From: Cycas panzhihuaensis
Lineage: Eukaryota; Plantae; Cycadophyta
Reading direction: 5' to 3'
Length of the DNA: 64,000 nt
NCBI GenBank assembly: GCA_023213395.1
Contig: CM041465.1
Span: 147,505,741 to 147,569,740, forward strand
How positions within the stretch are numbered: position 1 is the first letter of the stretch; the number at the start of each line of letters is the position of its first letter. Positions 60,442-64,000 of this stretch are shown in pieces. The notes beneath the pieces are model-generated. The model did no database searches. It was given only the letters and a program-made list of their open reading frames with translations, and was not told the DNA's origin. The translations under genes were made by a program, and so were the position numbers.

Positions 60442-61299
60442 GTAATTATTATCTTCTTTTCCATTCTATCCATGAAATAGATATGCTTTGGTCTGATGGC
60501 AAAATATCCCATCCTTATAAGTGAGATCGGGGTTGTTAGATGTAAATAGAATATGGATGCATTGAGTTTGATGCAATGGAAATTTCGTAACATGGAACAG
60601 TAGGTCAAGAAGGTATTGCTGTTTTAAATGCAGTGGACTCCCTTTCTGGAGAGGATCCGGGGCACTTGTGCAATCCAATATCTACAAATGCTGCAACCTA
60701 GTACTGCAGAAGTTACATGAAGGTAAAGATGAGAGGCGAAGACTCAGCAGAAAACAAGAATAAAGAGAATAGTATCTCTGTGAAATTATAAAAACTGAAA
60801 TCTAAGAGTGGGAGTTGCTTCTACACTCCAATGGGCTTATAATAATTTACTTTTAGCCAAGGTTGTTGGGTTCACGGATTAGGCAGTTTGAAGAACCTAG
60901 TTCTTCTCTTAGAAAAAAGGATTTGAGGGTTGGGGTTTGGCTTTTTTTTTTTTTAAATAAAAAAATAGAAAAGATAGTAAATAAAAAAAGTTAGACATTG
61001 AGAATAATCATTAAACATACAAAATAATACTCTGAATAATTTTGTAAATAAAACTAAAAGTAAAATAAATTAACCCAATGATAACCATTAAAAATCTAAA
61101 ATTAATCATTAATCATTAAGCAATAAAGTTAAATAAACACATCCGCACACAATGATACATTAAACAATTTACAATTATAATGAAAATGAATTGAATTATC
61201 ATTGTGACATTATGATGTTCATGTACAAAAAAGACAAATGTCAAAGTCATAAAGACATAAATGAATAACATCAAATTGAAAGTGAAAGTGTATATGTAC

Positions 61300-61960
61300 A
61301 AATAGAGGATCATATGTCCTCCACTCTCATCATTAGGAGATCCAAGGCCCTTCTCCTCTGGATCAGGTAGCAATAAATGTGCAATGCTATTGTGCTATCC
61401 CTTCTTTGTGGTGTCTTAGGGAGAGTCTAATGTGCGAACGGTGTCTCAGTATAACTCTTGTCCTTGTGAGACAAGAGTTGAAGAGTGTTGTGGATGTACA
61501 CTACGTCTTTTGCTATTGTCATGTTCAATCAACCTCTTCTAGTTAAATGGATGAATCCATAAGTGCTCCAATTTCTCTCTCAAGTTGAGGAATTGGCCAC
61601 CTCAGACAGTAACTAGTATACTAAATGTTGCATTTGTGGTGTCTCATGCCTGTGGGGTGTCCACTAATATGTGGAGTCCTTCAAATTCAAAACACATAAG
61701 GCCTCCGAAGATTAGAATACACCTTGTGCACAAACAAACGTTGCAAATTGCTCTTGGATAGTTGTAGCCTCTTGTCATCTATTATATATGTTCTTGATTG
61801 CCTGTAAAAGCTTTGTTGTCACCCTTGGATCCTCATTTGGTGCTCTCCTCTTCGTCTTCTTTATATCATACCTCTTTGGGCTAACAACATATGATGCCAT
61901 ATGAAGTGGTGAATTGAGGATATTCCACCTCCAACGAATGATCTTGTAGCATTTCTCCTA
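61300..61960 (-). pseudogene. Second hAT transposase relic, in intron 4, cut at ~61960 by a gypsy insertion
   Basis: Minus-strand RWNILNSPLHMASYVVSPK and LLSEVANSST*ERNWSTYGFIHLTR. Confidence 0.8.
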
Positions 61961-61962
61961 AA

Positions 61963-64000
61963 TGTTTGTCGACTTCTCTGTTTTAGTTAGGCCGACCTCT
62001 CTTTCTTAAATAGGTCAGCTTTTGCCTTCTTAAAATCAATTTCTATCCATGTCTATTCCATCTATAAATAGGGCATCTTGCCTCGATTTGTAAATTATTG
62101 ATTGAAGGAGATTATCCAAGACAGCCAGGTTCCGGTCCTAGCTAGAGGCTGCATTGGAGGACATCTCTCCTCGAAGAGGGTATTTTTGTTAAAACTCAAT
62201 ATTTGATATATCAATTGATATTATTTGGTTTCAAGGATTCTTGTTTGGTTGGTGTGCATGTTCAATGGTTATTCAGTTTCATGCGTTATTGATAATTATG
62301 CTGTCTTAAGTAATATTGTGATAGCCCAAATTTGTGTTTATTTTATTGATTTTGGCATGAATTCCAGTTGGGATTCCCACCAGTGGTATTAGAGCCTCTT
62401 GATCGAGGACTTTTAGTTCTAAAGGATCATTTTTTTAGCAATCAAACACTTCATTTTAGAAATGGAAATTAGGTATTTACCTTTAGGAGTTTTGAATTTT
62501 TTGGTCAAAAGATAGATTTCTATTGTAGAAAAATTAGAATTGTCAATACAAATAAGGTTTCAACACCCAATCAAATATGATTTCAGTAGTTCAAAAGCAA
62601 TTTTCAGCAAACAAAAAACAAAAGAACAATAATAGAGAACCTATTTTAGCCACTAAGAAACCGCTCTTTTTAGTTGAGAATCAAGCCAACCTATAAGAAG
62701 GGGAAACTATGATACTATAGTACCAAAAAATGAACAATTTTTTTTTCCAAAGAACATAATTGAGGTTAGGCAAGATGATGAACACATCGTCAGTCACAAC
62801 AAAGGATGTCAACAAAAGAATAGATGTCTTAAACCACAAAGTGATAAAAATGGATGACAAACTATGGAAGGAACAGGAAAAGAATTTGGTAAAACAACTG
62901 GTTACCATAACTAAGGCTTTGCAAGCAAAAACAATATTAGACATGCCCAAGCTTGAAGATAACAATAAGGACAAAGAGAGCCACCATGGGAAAACCCCTC
63001 ACCACAACGAGGAAAAAGATAGAAAAGATAAACCTAGATCTGATTATGGTTTCAAGAACTTCAATTTTCCTTCGGAGAAATTTGACCTAGATAAGACGAG
63101 ATATTTAAAGTTAGATCATTCAAATGAATCTATATTTTCAAATGCACTCAGGATTAGAAGAAGGCATAATACTGGCAACATCCCTTTATCTATATGGGAA
63201 ACCGATCAAATGGTGACATTAGTGGAGCAAGGTTTATTAGGGAATGCCTCACCACAATTGGGATTTTTTGAAAACCTCATTGATAGATCAATATGAGAAC
63301 TCTTAGAGTAGAGACTAGTACTCCTAGCAGACACACCTACAACAAATAAGCACTATCCAAGCTTACACAAGAATTTCAAAACCTATAGAGTATGCTGACT
63401 TCCAAAATCGATTTTGACTTATTACTTGAAGTATATATCAGAGGCCTCAAAGGGACTATCAAGTTTTGACTAAAAACATTGGGTGTAGAGACTCTGAGGG
63501 AAGCAATTAAAGAACATTGCAATATTGAAGTAGAGTTCATAGAATCTCACCAAGATTATATTTGATGAAATGACTACTCCAGACCAATGGGACAAGGCAA
63601 TAGGCCAAACTAGTACTAGTTAGGGACTAAGGCCAACCCACCACTTAAGGAATAGAAGGAAGACAAACTAATAAGGGCAAGTTATCAATGGTTGAGCACA
63701 TTTGTAGGGGAACATGTTTTGACTGCAAACGATAAATGGAGTTGCAATCGTAAATGTCCAATGAAGAAAGTCTTTATACTTAATAACGAAGAAATGTATG
63801 CAACAGTACAAGGTGAGCAAGCAAAAGATATCTAATCACCAGAGAAAGATGAAGCTAGAATGGAAGAATTACTTAATGACACAAATCTTAAGAATGTCCA
63901 TATATCACTACAGGCAATCATTGAAGTGACAAATGCACCCCAAATATTGTTTTGAGTGAAGCATCAAGAATGACAAGATATTAGTATTAGTAGACAACAA
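61963..64000 (+). mobile_element. 5' part of a decayed Ty3/gypsy element in intron 4 (LTR ~61963-62382, PBS 62384-62395, gag ~62776-63900, start of protease)
   Basis: TGGTATTAGAGC PBS; gag ORF 62760..63296; CFDC..W....KC knuckle at ~63715-63760; ISLQAI...ILVLVD protease entry at the window end. Confidence 0.8.

Overview
This is eukaryotic land-plant genomic DNA. A large-genome seed plant such as a gymnosperm is my inference from the old, CpG-eroded LTR elements and TE-filled introns. Positions 1-46 kb are a deeply nested pile of decayed Ty1/copia, Ty3/gypsy and non-autonomous LTR retrotransposons; LTR pairs, Met-tRNA PBSs, PPTs and 5-bp TSDs (TAGAT, AAACT, CACTT, CTTT[T/C]) allow the nesting order to be reconstructed. 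Positions 46-53 kb are AT-rich, mostly unassignable decayed repeat DNA. From about 53.7 kb lies the 5' part of one host gene on the + strand, an Agenet/Tudor-MBD-like-Tify-like-PHD protein of the IDM1-like PHD/GNAT family. Four coding exons are visible; its introns carry two hAT transposase relics and a gypsy element, and the expected GNAT exons lie beyond the window. Highlights: (1) three copies of one non-autonomous LTR family share LTRs and a 3' block but carry different cargo, two resembling decayed F-box genes; (2) a ~4.2-kb inversion splits two nested elements, supported by a TSD and a split integrase; (3) a gypsy-type insertion is flanked by a ~1.1-kb duplication instead of a 5-bp TSD; (4) the chromatin-reader protein contains 21-aa and 12-aa tandem repeats. 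All alignments were done by eye.
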